This document shows positions 36,204 through 45,524 of a DNA stretch of 64,000 nucleotides, piece by piece. The notes beneath the pieces are model-generated. The model saw only the letters and a list, made by a program, of their open reading frames with translations, did not search any database and was not told the DNA's origin. Both the position numbers and the translations under genes were made by a program. How positions within the stretch are numbered: the stretch's first letter is position 1; the number at the start of each line of letters is the position of its first letter. Source of the stretch: a virus; the IMG/VR virus record IMGVR_UViG_3300029217_000180. One strand, written 5' to 3'.

Positions 36204-37655
36204 ATGAGCTTCGCAGATGCAATGAGAAAAGACGGTTCATTTACCAGAACCGAAAACGGTGCTGTGGCTTTGAATACCACAGGAGACGCAAGACTGGATT
36301 TGTTCGGCACAATCGGATCCCTGAGAGAAGCTGATGAGGGCAGAATCGAAACACTGTTCGCAGAGGCATACAATCAGGATGCTCTTTTTGCCACAAAGAT
36401 TGCGTTCTATGCAAGGGATATTCGTGGAGGTCTTGGAGAAAGAAAGACTTTCAGAACAATCATCCGTTACATGGCGGAGAAACACCCGGAAGCACTCAGA
36501 CCGAACCTTGATTTGATTGGAGTATTCGGAAGATATGATGATATGTATTCTCTGATCGGAACTCCGTTAGAGGAAGATATGTGGGCTGCCATGAAGAAAC
36601 AGTTTGAGGAAGATTTGAAGAACCTCAATGACGGCAAGGCAATTTCCTTACTTGCAAAGTGGATTAAGACTGCGGATGCAAGCAGCAAGGAGACACGCAG
36701 ACTTGGCGTTATGACCGCACAGAAACTTGGCTATCCGGTCTACAATTTCAAGAGAATTGTCCGTAGCATGAGAAAACAGATCGGCGTTGTTGAAAGCCTT
36801 ATGTCTGCCGGAAAGTGGGATGAGATTAAATACCCAGAAGTTCCGAGCCGTGCAATGATGATTTACCGCAAGGCATTTATGAAGCATGATGAGGCACGAT
36901 TCAATGAATTTATCGGCAAGGTAGAAAAGGGAGATGCAAAGATCAATGCCTCAACACTATTCCCTTACGATATTGTTGAGAAGATCCTTTACGGCAGAGA
37001 GAGCAACAAGGTACTTGAAGCCCAGTGGAAAGCCTTGCCGGATTATGTGGAGAAAGGAACAAACGCTTTAGTTATGGCGGATGTGTCCGGTTCCATGAGA
37101 GGCAGACCTATGGCAACATCAATCGGTCTTGCAATCTATTTTGCAGAGAGAAATGTGGGTGCATACCACAATCTGTTTATGACATTCTCTGACAGACCAG
37201 AGACGGTTATTCTGAGGGGAGAAACCCTTGAACAGAAGATCCGCAACGTAAGCAGAGCAAATTGGGATAATAACACAGACCTTAAAGCTGCTTTTGAGAG
37301 GGTTCTTGAAATTGCGGAAAAACACAATACTCCGCAGGAGGAAATGCCGAAAGCAATCGTTGTCATATCAGACATGGAAATTGACTGTTGTGGAAACCGT
37401 GAGTGGTCTTTCTATGACAAGATGGCAAATAAGTTCCACAAGGCTGGTTATGTAATCCCAAACATTATCTTCTGGAATGTGAATAGCAGACACGAGGTAT
37501 TCCATGCAGATCACAACCGCAAGGGCGTGCAGCTTGCAAGCGGACAGTCCGTGACGGTATTCAAACAGATTCTGCAGAACCTTGGTTACAACCCGGTTGA
37601 GGCAATGGAGAACACAATCAATTCTGAGAGATATGATTGCATCACAGTTGAATAG
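36204..37655 (+). CDS. vWA (MIDAS) domain protein, probably Ro60/TROVE-like RNA-binding protein (DUF2828-type)
   Basis: LVMADVSGSM MIDAS motif, ..TFSD.. and IVVISDMEID vWA strands in C-terminal half; ~480 aa; N-terminal ARDIRGGLGER helical region; genomic context next to tRNA-like RNAs and phage RtcB. Confidence 0.55.
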   Translation: MSFADAMRKDGSFTRTENGAVALNTTGDARLDLFGTIGSLREADEGRIETLFAEAYNQDALFATKIAFYARDIRGGLGERKTFRTIIRYMAEKHPEALRPNLDLIGVFGRYDDMYSLIGTPLEEDMWAAMKKQFEEDLKNLNDGKAISLLAKWIKTADASSKETRRLGVMTAQKLGYPVYNFKRIVRSMRKQIGVVESLMSAGKWDEIKYPEVPSRAMMIYRKAFMKHDEARFNEFIGKVEKGDAKINASTLFPYDIVEKILYGRESNKVLEAQWKALPDYVEKGTNALVMADVSGSMRGRPMATSIGLAIYFAERNVGAYHNLFMTFSDRPETVILRGETLEQKIRNVSRANWDNNTDLKAAFERVLEIAEKHNTPQEEMPKAIVVISDMEIDCCGNREWSFYDKMANKFHKAGYVIPNIIFWNVNSRHEVFHADHNRKGVQLASGQSVTVFKQILQNLGYNPVEAMENTINSERYDCITVE

Positions 37656-37749
37656 AGTGTGTAACAGTAGGTGGCGGTCGGAATGACTACCACCTATTTT
37701 TTATGGAGAATTGAAAATGAACAATCAAAATTAGAATTTGGAGGTTAGA

Positions 37750-38145
37750 ATGGTAAAGAAAAGGACTATCTACACAACATCAGACGGAAAAGAGTTTGAT
37801 AATGAGAAAGAAGCGAAAGAACACGATGAAAAGATCATACGAGAATCAATCAAGGTCTATAAGGTGTACTACAATCCAGATTTGAATGAGGGCAGAGGAT
37901 ATGAAGATGATGGATATGTGTATGTTCATGCGAATAAGCATCACGATCAGTTTATAGAGTATTTCCTTTGCAAGAGGTTTGGGAATCCCATTTCCTTTGT
38001 CATGGGTACTTTTGGCTCAAATGCAATCATGCAGACATATATCTATCACGAAGTTCCTGAAAGTGATGTGAAAGCTGATAAGGTTCTGGCAAGGATAGAA
38101 GAGACCTTTGTGGATAAATTATGGGAGGATTCAATCAATGGATAA
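37750..38145 (+). CDS. hypothetical protein
   Basis: GGAGG RBS before ATG at 37750. Confidence 0.4.
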   Translation: MVKKRTIYTTSDGKEFDNEKEAKEHDEKIIRESIKVYKVYYNPDLNEGRGYEDDGYVYVHANKHHDQFIEYFLCKRFGNPISFVMGTFGSNAIMQTYIYHEVPESDVKADKVLARIEETFVDKLWEDSING

Positions 38146-38803
38146 ATACCTGAGTGTAATAACAAACTTTGGTTGCCACGGCAGGTGCCCTTACTGCATA
38201 GTCCGGGAGAATGGAATTAAAGTGCCGAAATCCACGGTGGACGGTCTGGATAAATTGGAGGATGCCATTACATTGACCGGAGCGAATATCGTATCTATCT
38301 CCGGCGGTGGAGATCCGCTTTACCGGTATAGTGACAATCCTCTTGTGCCTATGTATCTCGGAATGGTTATGGGTATCTGCATTAAAGCCGGTATTCCAAT
38401 GGAAATGCACACGAGCTACACAGAGTCGGAGTTTCCGTACCATTTCTGCAAAAGAGTGGTGTATCATCTGCAATCTGTTGAAGATTTGGAATGTGTGGAG
38501 AGACACGGAACGGAAATCGTAAGAGTAGTGTTCGTTGCAACAGAGAAATTATCGAAAGAGGACATTACCAAGATTTCAGACTTTGTTCATTCCTCAGACC
38601 AGATAGATGAACTCAGTTTCCGGCAGATGGTTAATGAGCGGTATGAGACGGAGTATTACAACCATGACTTTCTGAAAACCGGTCACGAAAAAGGATTGTG
38701 GCATTACATCCGGCAGAAAGATTATAACATCTACTACGCTGAGAACAGGATATACACGAAGTTCTCGGAGATCGGAGAGGACGATGGCAGAACAGACCTG
38801 TAA
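38138..38803 (+). CDS. small radical SAM protein (second copy)
   Basis: CHGRCPYC CX3CX2C motif, ISGGGDPL motif; GGGAGG RBS before MDKYLSV. Confidence 0.65.
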   Translation: MDKYLSVITNFGCHGRCPYCIVRENGIKVPKSTVDGLDKLEDAITLTGANIVSISGGGDPLYRYSDNPLVPMYLGMVMGICIKAGIPMEMHTSYTESEFPYHFCKRVVYHLQSVEDLECVERHGTEIVRVVFVATEKLSKEDITKISDFVHSSDQIDELSFRQMVNERYETEYYNHDFLKTGHEKGLWHYIRQKDYNIYYAENRIYTKFSEIGEDDGRTDL

Positions 38804-38993
38804 ACACAAGTTTCAGTTGACGTGTAAATCAAAGATTTTCGGAATTAAATCCTGCGAAATGCGATTAGAAACCGGAAAGCTGCTTACTTATATGCCGATC
38901 CCTGATGGAGTGAGGTTTTGTTTCGGAACAATTCAAAGGTTTTATGAGAGTGAAGAGGGACAGAAAATCATTCAGGAAAGGTTAGGACGGTAG
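38784..38993 (+). CDS. hypothetical protein
   Basis: 69-aa ORF. Confidence 0.35.
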   Translation: MAEQTCKHKFQLTCKSKIFGIKSCEMRLETGKLLTYMPIPDGVRFCFGTIQRFYESEEGQKIIQERLGR

Positions 38994-39260
38994 ATGAAAG
39001 TATCAAAAACAACCGTAAGGAATTATGAAATCTATGATTGCGCCAAGTGGCAGAGTACAATCGGAGAAACACTAATGTTCCGACAGTCACTCGGAGTTAA
39101 GAATAGAGGATTAGATAAGTGCTTTGCGTGCGGATATAAATTCGGTTCTGAGGAAAAACCGTATCTTGGTCTTATCAAGAACCATTCCAATCAATTTATA
39201 TGCCGGGAGTGTGCCATGAAAGTGAATCCAGAACGCGTTAGATACTCGGAGGAAAACTGA
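38994..39260 (+). CDS. hypothetical zinc-ribbon protein
   Basis: CFACG..n..CRECA. Confidence 0.4.
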   Translation: MKVSKTTVRNYEIYDCAKWQSTIGETLMFRQSLGVKNRGLDKCFACGYKFGSEEKPYLGLIKNHSNQFICRECAMKVNPERVRYSEEN

Positions 39261-39261
39261 T

Positions 39262-39417
39262 ATGAAATCGTGGTATTCAAATAGTGATGATATAGAACTG
39301 AAAGACGGAAGCAGAAAGAAAGAATACAAGGTTGTGTTTGAAACAGATTCAAAAGAACTCAAAGACGAAATTGAAAAATTCTTCCAGTGTTTGATGGATA
39401 GAAAGGATGGTAATTAA
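39262..39417 (+). CDS. hypothetical small protein (51 aa, not in ORF track)
   Basis: GGAGGAAAA RBS then ATG at 39262; MKSWYSNSDD... Confidence 0.35.
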   Translation: MKSWYSNSDDIELKDGSRKKEYKVVFETDSKELKDEIEKFFQCLMDRKDGN

Positions 39418-39419
39418 AA

Positions 39420-39623
39420 ATGGCATTTTGTCAAAGATGCGGAGGCTATTGTCAGGATCATTACACATACTGCAGGAAATGCTATTACGCATTAGGACAA
39501 CCGTATGGGAAAGCAATAGAGCGAGGACATAAATGCAGGGGATGCGGAGGAATCATTTACGGCAGATACAATTACTGCATGAGTTGCGCTCAACGAAAAG
39601 GTTTTATAAAAAACGATTATTGA
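39420..39623 (+). CDS. Cys-rich zinc-finger protein
   Basis: CQRCGGYC..CRKC..CRGCGG..CMSC four CxxC pairs. Confidence 0.4.
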   Translation: MAFCQRCGGYCQDHYTYCRKCYYALGQPYGKAIERGHKCRGCGGIIYGRYNYCMSCAQRKGFIKNDY

Positions 39624-39659
39624 CAGACGATATGCAGACGGAAAGAGGTTTACAGAAAT

Positions 39660-39974
39660 ATGAACACTACAAATTATGAAATGTGCAGATCATACCTTGG
39701 AACAATAGATTCCGTGAGTACAGAGGCAACTACGTTAATTCAAAGCATGAAAGCATACCATGCGGATCAGCAAGGACAGGCCAAACTCTATATTCACGCA
39801 GATGGAGGCAGAGATACAGCGACCTTACTCAGTCAGGAAGAGACAAATAAGACAATGGCATTGATATTGGAAACCTATGCTGCCAACATTAAAAATTCCA
39901 GAGATAAACTGATTGAGATTATAAATGCCGAGTATACCACGGTCCTTGAAGAAATTGAAAAACTGAAAGTTTAG
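39660..39974 (+). CDS. hypothetical protein
   Basis: 104-aa ORF. Confidence 0.4.
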   Translation: MNTTNYEMCRSYLGTIDSVSTEATTLIQSMKAYHADQQGQAKLYIHADGGRDTATLLSQEETNKTMALILETYAANIKNSRDKLIEIINAEYTTVLEEIEKLKV

Positions 39975-40016
39975 GAGGATGAGGTGTGAGATTGACCGAT
40001 GAAAGGAGAAGATATA

Positions 40017-40313
40017 ATGACAGAAGCACAGAAAAAAGCGGTTGAGGTGCAGAAAGAGATCGAAGAGGCCTGCATCCGGCATGGACTTAATCTTACTATC
40101 TTTGAAAATGGTATTGGATTTGTGGATCCCAAAGACAATAAAATTGTCATGGTATGGAGACCTAAGTATAAACCGGCACCGTCAGAAACACCACCTACAC
40201 AGAAACCGTCCGGCGGAAATATGTCCGCTTTCATATTTGGCGGTTCAAAGGGAAGTGGCAGATTTATGGGAAACAAAAGGAAACATACAGTCAGAGGAAT
40301 GAAACGGAGGTAG
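40017..40313 (+). CDS. hypothetical protein (starts MTEAQKK)
   Basis: AAAGGAG RBS before ATG 40017. Confidence 0.4.
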   Translation: MTEAQKKAVEVQKEIEEACIRHGLNLTIFENGIGFVDPKDNKIVMVWRPKYKPAPSETPPTQKPSGGNMSAFIFGGSKGSGRFMGNKRKHTVRGMKRR

Positions 40314-40319
40314 GTTGAT

Positions 40320-40676
40320 ATGCCAAGTTTTAAATTAAAACCGGAGCACATAAAGATTATGACAGACCTTAATTTTAGAATCTCCATTTTAATAGATTCT
40401 AAGGATAGGTATAGACCGGCAATAGATATTAAAAGACCATTCGGGAACAGCGGCCCCACAACGAATGTGTGTGAAATCATGGGATGGCACTGCGATGAAG
40501 AAAGTGGAGAATACGCTGCTGAGGATATTGAAAAAGCCGAAATGCTCATTATCGAGCTTCCAGTTGCTTTGCAGATCGTGATGCAAAACCACACATTTGA
40601 ACCCGGAGAGTATGAAGTAGGGAATATTCCTCGGCATACTTCAATTATGTTCACATTCGCAATTATCACGCATTAA
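40320..40676 (+). CDS. hypothetical protein
   Basis: 118-aa ORF. Confidence 0.4.
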   Translation: MPSFKLKPEHIKIMTDLNFRISILIDSKDRYRPAIDIKRPFGNSGPTTNVCEIMGWHCDEESGEYAAEDIEKAEMLIIELPVALQIVMQNHTFEPGEYEVGNIPRHTSIMFTFAIITH

Positions 40677-40723
40677 AATCTCCTATCGCAGAAATAGAGG
40701 AAAAATATAAAGACTGCGATCAA

Positions 40724-41062
40724 ATGGAAAGGTTACATGAAGTTTGTATGAATGTATCTGGCGATAACCCGTGGAAAGTGATTGACGATCTGAAATGGTT
40801 TGCCCAGACCGACTTTCTGGCAGATGCAATAGCGGTATTTGAAAAGCATCGAGACGAACAAATCCTTGATGAATGGCTGAAAACACATGACGGAGAGGAT
40901 TATTGCAAATATTGTCCCGAAAACGATGAATGTCCTCATGGAATGGCTTGTTATGGTGGAGAACCTATCGAGCCGTCTTGCTACGGAGCAGATATGAAAG
41001 AATTTCTTTACACGGACTCTATTATTGAGGATGCACTGGAGGAAAGATATGGCGAAGAATAA
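40724..41062 (+). CDS. hypothetical Cys-containing protein
   Basis: 112-aa ORF, CKYCPENDECPHGMAC. Confidence 0.4.
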   Translation: MERLHEVCMNVSGDNPWKVIDDLKWFAQTDFLADAIAVFEKHRDEQILDEWLKTHDGEDYCKYCPENDECPHGMACYGGEPIEPSCYGADMKEFLYTDSIIEDALEERYGEE

Positions 41063-41357
41063 CAAACTGATAAATTCCCTGAATGAAATCGCCAGAAGAA
41101 ACCGCTCACAGAACGTTGCTACTGCGGCAGACCAGATGGTTCCACAGATATATGCTGCGATTGCCATAGCACTTCACAGAACCTATGGATTCGGATATAA
41201 GCGTATCAATGATGTGTTCGTAGAATCACAGCATATTTGGGAAAGCTATGCTGGGGACGGAGCCGGTATGGTAAAGAAGTGTGAGGAAGAAACCGGAGTG
41301 ACGGTATGTAGCCCGGAAGAAGCACAGAGATTGATGGAGATGCAGAATGGAATGTAA
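41050..41357 (+). CDS. hypothetical protein (starts MAKNNKL)
   Basis: internal start with GGAGGAAAGAT RBS. Confidence 0.4.
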
Positions 41358-41496
41358 AGGAAATTGCGGATCATGTGCTTGGCATGATAATTTTAATGGG
41401 ACAACGGATTGGATATGCAGCAACGAGGACAGCGACAGCTACGGAGCAGTCACATCCTATGACGATTACTGCATTGATTACGAACCGAAACAATAA
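41347..41496 (+). CDS. hypothetical small Cys-rich protein (50 aa, not in ORF track)
   Basis: GGAG RBS then ATG; MECKGNCGSCAWHD.. Confidence 0.3.
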   Translation: MECKGNCGSCAWHDNFNGTTDWICSNEDSDSYGAVTSYDDYCIDYEPKQ

Positions 41497-41690
41497 AAAA
41501 CGAACTCAATTACACCATAAACTTTCAATTATATCATTTGACAAAGGATGACTATGTTAAAATATCGGTCTCACCGATATTCTATACATTTATCATCCTT
41601 TTTCTGTTAGAATGAGGGTGTCTTGGTAAAGGCGTTGGTGGATTATCCTTTTCTTATGTGGAGTAGTGCAATGCTACTCCATATTGCTAA

Positions 41691-41763
41691 GCCCGGATAG
41701 CTCAACTGGTAGAGCACTTGACTTGTAATCAAGAGGTTGTGGGTTCGACTCCCATTCTTGGCT
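41691..41763 (+). tRNA. tRNA-Thr (anticodon TGT)
   Basis: D-arm GCTCAACTGGTAGAGC, anticodon arm CTTGA-CTTGTAA-TCAAG, T-arm GTGGG-TTCGACT-CCCAT; one acceptor mismatch. Confidence 0.65.
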
Positions 41764-41837
41764 CTTACCTCTCGATAGAGGGTAATGGTTCCTCCATGAT
41801 AATATAGGGGCATGGGCGGCGATGAACCGCCCAGTAA

Positions 41838-41921
41838 TGTGCGGTGGTGCAGCATGGTAGCACGTCTGTCTGATACGCAGGAGATCATAGGTTCAAATCC
41901 TATTCGCACAACTATTTAATT
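41838..41921 (+). tRNA. tRNA-Ile (anticodon GAT)
   Basis: acceptor TGTGCGG/TCGCACA, D-arm GTGC-AGCATGGTA-GCAC, loop CTGATAC, T-arm ATAGG-TTCAAAT-CCTAT. Confidence 0.7.
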
Positions 41922-41940
41922 ACAGAAAGGAGCAGCTATA

Positions 41941-42117
41941 TTGGAAACGGAAAACGTATACTGCCCTGTATGTAAGGCACGGGCAAACCGTGAAAAACTT
42001 CTTTTCAAGAAAGCACCCGGAGCATCCGGCACGATTTTCATAAACTGCCGTGGGTGCAAGGAAGTAATAAAAATAGAATTAAGCAAAGAGCCTTTGAGCC
42101 GGTTAAGTCATAAGTAG
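41941..42117 (+). CDS. Mu Com-like zinc-ribbon protein (TTG start, not in ORF track)
   Basis: translation ..CPVCKARANREKLLFK..INCRGCKEVIKIEL matches Com-family two-CxxC layout; AGGAG upstream. Confidence 0.45.
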   Translation: METENVYCPVCKARANREKLLFKKAPGASGTIFINCRGCKEVIKIELSKEPLSRLSHK

Positions 42118-42159
42118 ACTTGATCGGTTCTTTTGTTTTATTCGGAAAGGGGAAACTTC

Positions 42160-43749
42160 ATGTACGCAAGCAACCGTCCGACTCTCGGTAGGCGAATGTT
42201 AATGACTGATGAGAGGGAGATAACGAAAGACAATATCATACAGGTTGTGTCAAAAGCATTTATGGAACATCAGGAAAATGTTGCCGAGGAAGTATACCTT
42301 TTTGAGTATGAGAGAGGAAATCAGCCAATTCTCAACCGTGAAAAGAAAATCAGATCGGACCTCAATGCCACAGTCGTAGAAAACAATGCTTCAAAGATTG
42401 TGGACGTGCATCTGGGATATTGTTTTTCCAACCCGATTACTTTCGTACAGAGAGCAAAGATAGAGCCTACAAAGAAACAGAAGAGAGCCTTATTCGGCTT
42501 CTTAAAGAAAAAGGACGAGGATAACGGAGAGAACATTGACGATTTGAAAATCGCCATGCTCAACAAAATGATGCAGGAACAGAGCAAAGCGGCAAAGGAC
42601 ATTGCCCTTGGAAGAAATCTGTTTATCTGTGGAGTCGGTTACCAGATGATGTTGCCGAACAGAAATCCAAGCCGTTATTCTCCATTTGAGCTTTTGGTTC
42701 CGAGTCCACTGACAACATTCGTGGTGTATTCCAATGATGCGTACAGAGAACCGGTGCTTGGATGTACCTACTTCATACACGATGATGGAACCATCACTCT
42801 AACAGCATATTCAAGTAGATTCTGTTACACCATTGAGCATGAGCTTAATACAACGGATTATCATTTGAAAGAGAATATCACTCCGAACCCACTGAGAAGA
42901 ATACCGGTCGTAGAATTTGCATTGAATGACCGCATGGGTATCTTTGAAAAGGTTATCCCGCTCATGGATGCCATGAACCTTGTGGATTCAGACCGTATCA
43001 ATGATATATTGCAGCACGTTCAGTCCCTACTTTGGATGCACAACTGCCAAGTAAATGAAGAGGGTAAGAAAAATCTCGTTGACGGCGATGGTGTCATTAT
43101 GACAAAGAGTACCGGAGACGGCAAGGAAGCAAAGATTACCTACCTCAATCAGACATTGAATGAGAGTGAGGTACAGAAACTTGTGGATCATCTCAATTCC
43201 CAGTTGGAGCAGATTACTTCTACTCCGTCATGGCAGGAAGCAAGCGGCGGCTCTACCACAGGAGCAATGCAGCTATCCAACGGATGGCAGTGTTTGGAGA
43301 TTTCTGCAAAGACCGTTGAGCAGTTATTCACGGAACCGGAAATGCAGATTATTGATTTGGCAATAGAGATAATCAAGGCAGATCAGAGACCGTATGACGG
43401 TCTGAAAGATATAGAGACGGCAGACGTTGAAATACGTTTCTGCAGAACCAAGACATACGATCTGGTGTCTAAAACAAACTCCCTTGTTGCATTACTTAAT
43501 GCCGGAGTAGACGGTCTCACTTCATTCAATACTGTTGGACTGTTTACAGATCCTCAGCAGGCATGGGTTGACAGTAAGAACATTATTGATGGAATCCAGA
43601 AGAAACTTGCATCCAAGGAAGAGAAAACACAGCAGCCGAACCCTAACGCCTATAAGGATGATGAGGGGAACGGCGGAGAGAACAACGAGGAAAAGGATAA
43701 GACAGAGGAATCAAAGCAGCCGAGCAAAACGGCAATGGTAGAAGAATAG
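42160..43749 (+). CDS. portal protein (SPP1 gp6-like)
   Basis: ~530 aa, position after terminase module, acidic C-terminus, GGAAAGGGG RBS before MYASNRP. Confidence 0.85.
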   Translation: MYASNRPTLGRRMLMTDEREITKDNIIQVVSKAFMEHQENVAEEVYLFEYERGNQPILNREKKIRSDLNATVVENNASKIVDVHLGYCFSNPITFVQRAKIEPTKKQKRALFGFLKKKDEDNGENIDDLKIAMLNKMMQEQSKAAKDIALGRNLFICGVGYQMMLPNRNPSRYSPFELLVPSPLTTFVVYSNDAYREPVLGCTYFIHDDGTITLTAYSSRFCYTIEHELNTTDYHLKENITPNPLRRIPVVEFALNDRMGIFEKVIPLMDAMNLVDSDRINDILQHVQSLLWMHNCQVNEEGKKNLVDGDGVIMTKSTGDGKEAKITYLNQTLNESEVQKLVDHLNSQLEQITSTPSWQEASGGSTTGAMQLSNGWQCLEISAKTVEQLFTEPEMQIIDLAIEIIKADQRPYDGLKDIETADVEIRFCRTKTYDLVSKTNSLVALLNAGVDGLTSFNTVGLFTDPQQAWVDSKNIIDGIQKKLASKEEKTQQPNPNAYKDDEGNGGENNEEKDKTEESKQPSKTAMVEE

Positions 43750-43761
43750 GCGGTGTGATAT

Positions 43762-44421
43762 ATGTATGATCCGGTACAATACTTTGATGAAATGAATATC
43801 CTCAAAGATGATAAGCTCCGCCGGATAAAGACCGCCAAGGAATTTATCAATGCCCTTGTTGATTTCTTCGCAGCACAGTTTATGAATCTTCTCTCCGGGA
43901 TATTCCTTTACGAGAAGTCGAGTTCTGATTATGAAAATGAGCTTATGGATCTTTATTTTGCCATGGCTCCTGAATATCAGTACGAGACGGAGGTAAGAGA
44001 AAAGGCATACAGATTTGCAAGGTACATCCAGGAGGCAACCGAAAGAGCGGTAGCAAACGCCAACGGAAACGATGATTATAAAATGTCTCGCATGACCGGT
44101 GGCATTATGAAAGAAGAGGATGTTCCAAAGAGTGTTAAGCGGATGTTCTCGGAAGTCAGAGCAACCGAGATTGCCTTAAATGAAACCAACTGGATATATA
44201 ACTGGATCAATCATCAGAACCTTGCCGAGAGGCAGGACACCCATACATGGGTAAGCATGAGAGATGAACGTGTCCGGGTAAGCCATTGGGAGGCTGACGG
44301 GCAGACAGTTCCGATAAATGAGCCTTTTACCATCAATGGGTACAAAATGATGTTCCCACTTGATGATAGTATGGGCGCACCGATAGATGAAATAATCAAC
44401 TGCCGGTGCGTAGAATTATAA
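43762..44421 (+). CDS. head morphogenesis protein (Mu F / SPP1 gp7 family)
   Basis: RVSHWEADGQTVPINEPF...CRC motif of Phage_Mu_F domain. Confidence 0.75.
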   Translation: MYDPVQYFDEMNILKDDKLRRIKTAKEFINALVDFFAAQFMNLLSGIFLYEKSSSDYENELMDLYFAMAPEYQYETEVREKAYRFARYIQEATERAVANANGNDDYKMSRMTGGIMKEEDVPKSVKRMFSEVRATEIALNETNWIYNWINHQNLAERQDTHTWVSMRDERVRVSHWEADGQTVPINEPFTINGYKMMFPLDDSMGAPIDEIINCRCVEL

Positions 44422-44438
44422 ATTAGGAGGTAGAGCCA

Positions 44439-44624
44439 ATGGCAACAGCAAGCAAAAAGACGGCAGCAGGCAAGAAGAAAATGGACGATAAGAAGAAAGT
44501 AGCAGCTTCCAAAAAGGAGACTGCGAAGAAATCTTCTGATAAGAAAGCGGCAGCTAAGAAGTCCACTGCAAAGAAAACTGCCACCAAGAAAACTACTGCC
44601 AAAAAGGCAGCAAAGAAAAACTAA
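44439..44624 (+). CDS. lysine/alanine-rich basic small protein (histone-H1-like)
   Basis: 61 aa, ~45% Lys, AKK repeats; AGGAGGTAGAGCC RBS. Confidence 0.45.
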   Translation: MATASKKTAAGKKKMDDKKKVAASKKETAKKSSDKKAAAKKSTAKKTATKKTTAKKAAKKN

Positions 44625-44828
44625 CTTCATACAGTTAGAGCCTATGAGCCGGATGTGATGATGAATCGTGTCCGGCTCATTTTTCGGTTATTCAGGGAGA
44701 AATCCCTATCACATAACGGGTTAGAGAAAATCCTTACAAAACGCATACAACTATTGTCTTGCAGAGACGCAAGTAAAAAAACGCAGAAATTTATACGGAG
44801 AGAACCGTTCAAACGCAGGAGGTCAATT

Positions 44829-45503
44829 ATGGCAGATGTAAACAGTACAGCAACTCAGAACCAGACACAGCAGCAGACTCAGACAGAACCGCAGAAACAG
44901 CCTACTACTCAGGTTCCCGGTACACAGCAGCAGACTCAGACAACCAAGCCGGAGGATAACAGCAACGGCAATGAACTTACAGTTGAAAGCCTTATGGCAC
45001 AGCTTGCGCAGGAAAAGGCCAATAATGCCAAGTTAAAGTCTGACAATGACAAGTTATGCACATCCGAGGGCAATCTGAGAAAACAGCTCAGAGCTAAGCA
45101 GACAGCCGAGGAACAGGAAGCGGAAGCAAAGGCAGAACAGGCGGCACAGAGAGATGCCTATGTCAAGGAACTGGAAAAGTTCAAGTCGGTAACAGAATCA
45201 TCGGAGCGTTACTTAGGAATGGGTATGCCTACCGAAATGGCAAAGGCAACAGCAACGGCAGAGTATGAGGGAAATATGGATGTCGTTACTGGAAACATCT
45301 CTAAGTTCATGGCAGAGAGGGATAAGCAGAAAGAGTCTGAAATCCGCGCACAGTATTTAGCTCAGATGCCTACACCGCAGTCTGGAAACGTAGGCCAGGT
45401 TGACTATTCAGCACAGATCAAGCAGGCAATGGACGCAGGCGATACACAGGCCGCCGTTCTTGCAATATTAAGTCAAAATGCCGCTAACAATCAGCAGGCA
45501 TAA
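44829..45503 (+). CDS. scaffolding protein
   Basis: Gln/Thr-rich N-term then long coiled-coil, directly upstream of MCP; start at MADVNST with GGAGG RBS. Confidence 0.55.
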   Translation: MADVNSTATQNQTQQQTQTEPQKQPTTQVPGTQQQTQTTKPEDNSNGNELTVESLMAQLAQEKANNAKLKSDNDKLCTSEGNLRKQLRAKQTAEEQEAEAKAEQAAQRDAYVKELEKFKSVTESSERYLGMGMPTEMAKATATAEYEGNMDVVTGNISKFMAERDKQKESEIRAQYLAQMPTPQSGNVGQVDYSAQIKQAMDAGDTQAAVLAILSQNAANNQQA

Positions 45504-45524
45504 CTTTTAAGGAGGTAATGAATT

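Noticed and set aside
42190-42215. CTGATGAG...CGAAA hammerhead-like core
   Set aside because: It lies inside the portal ORF. The flanking sequence cannot form helices I-III, so it is a chance match.
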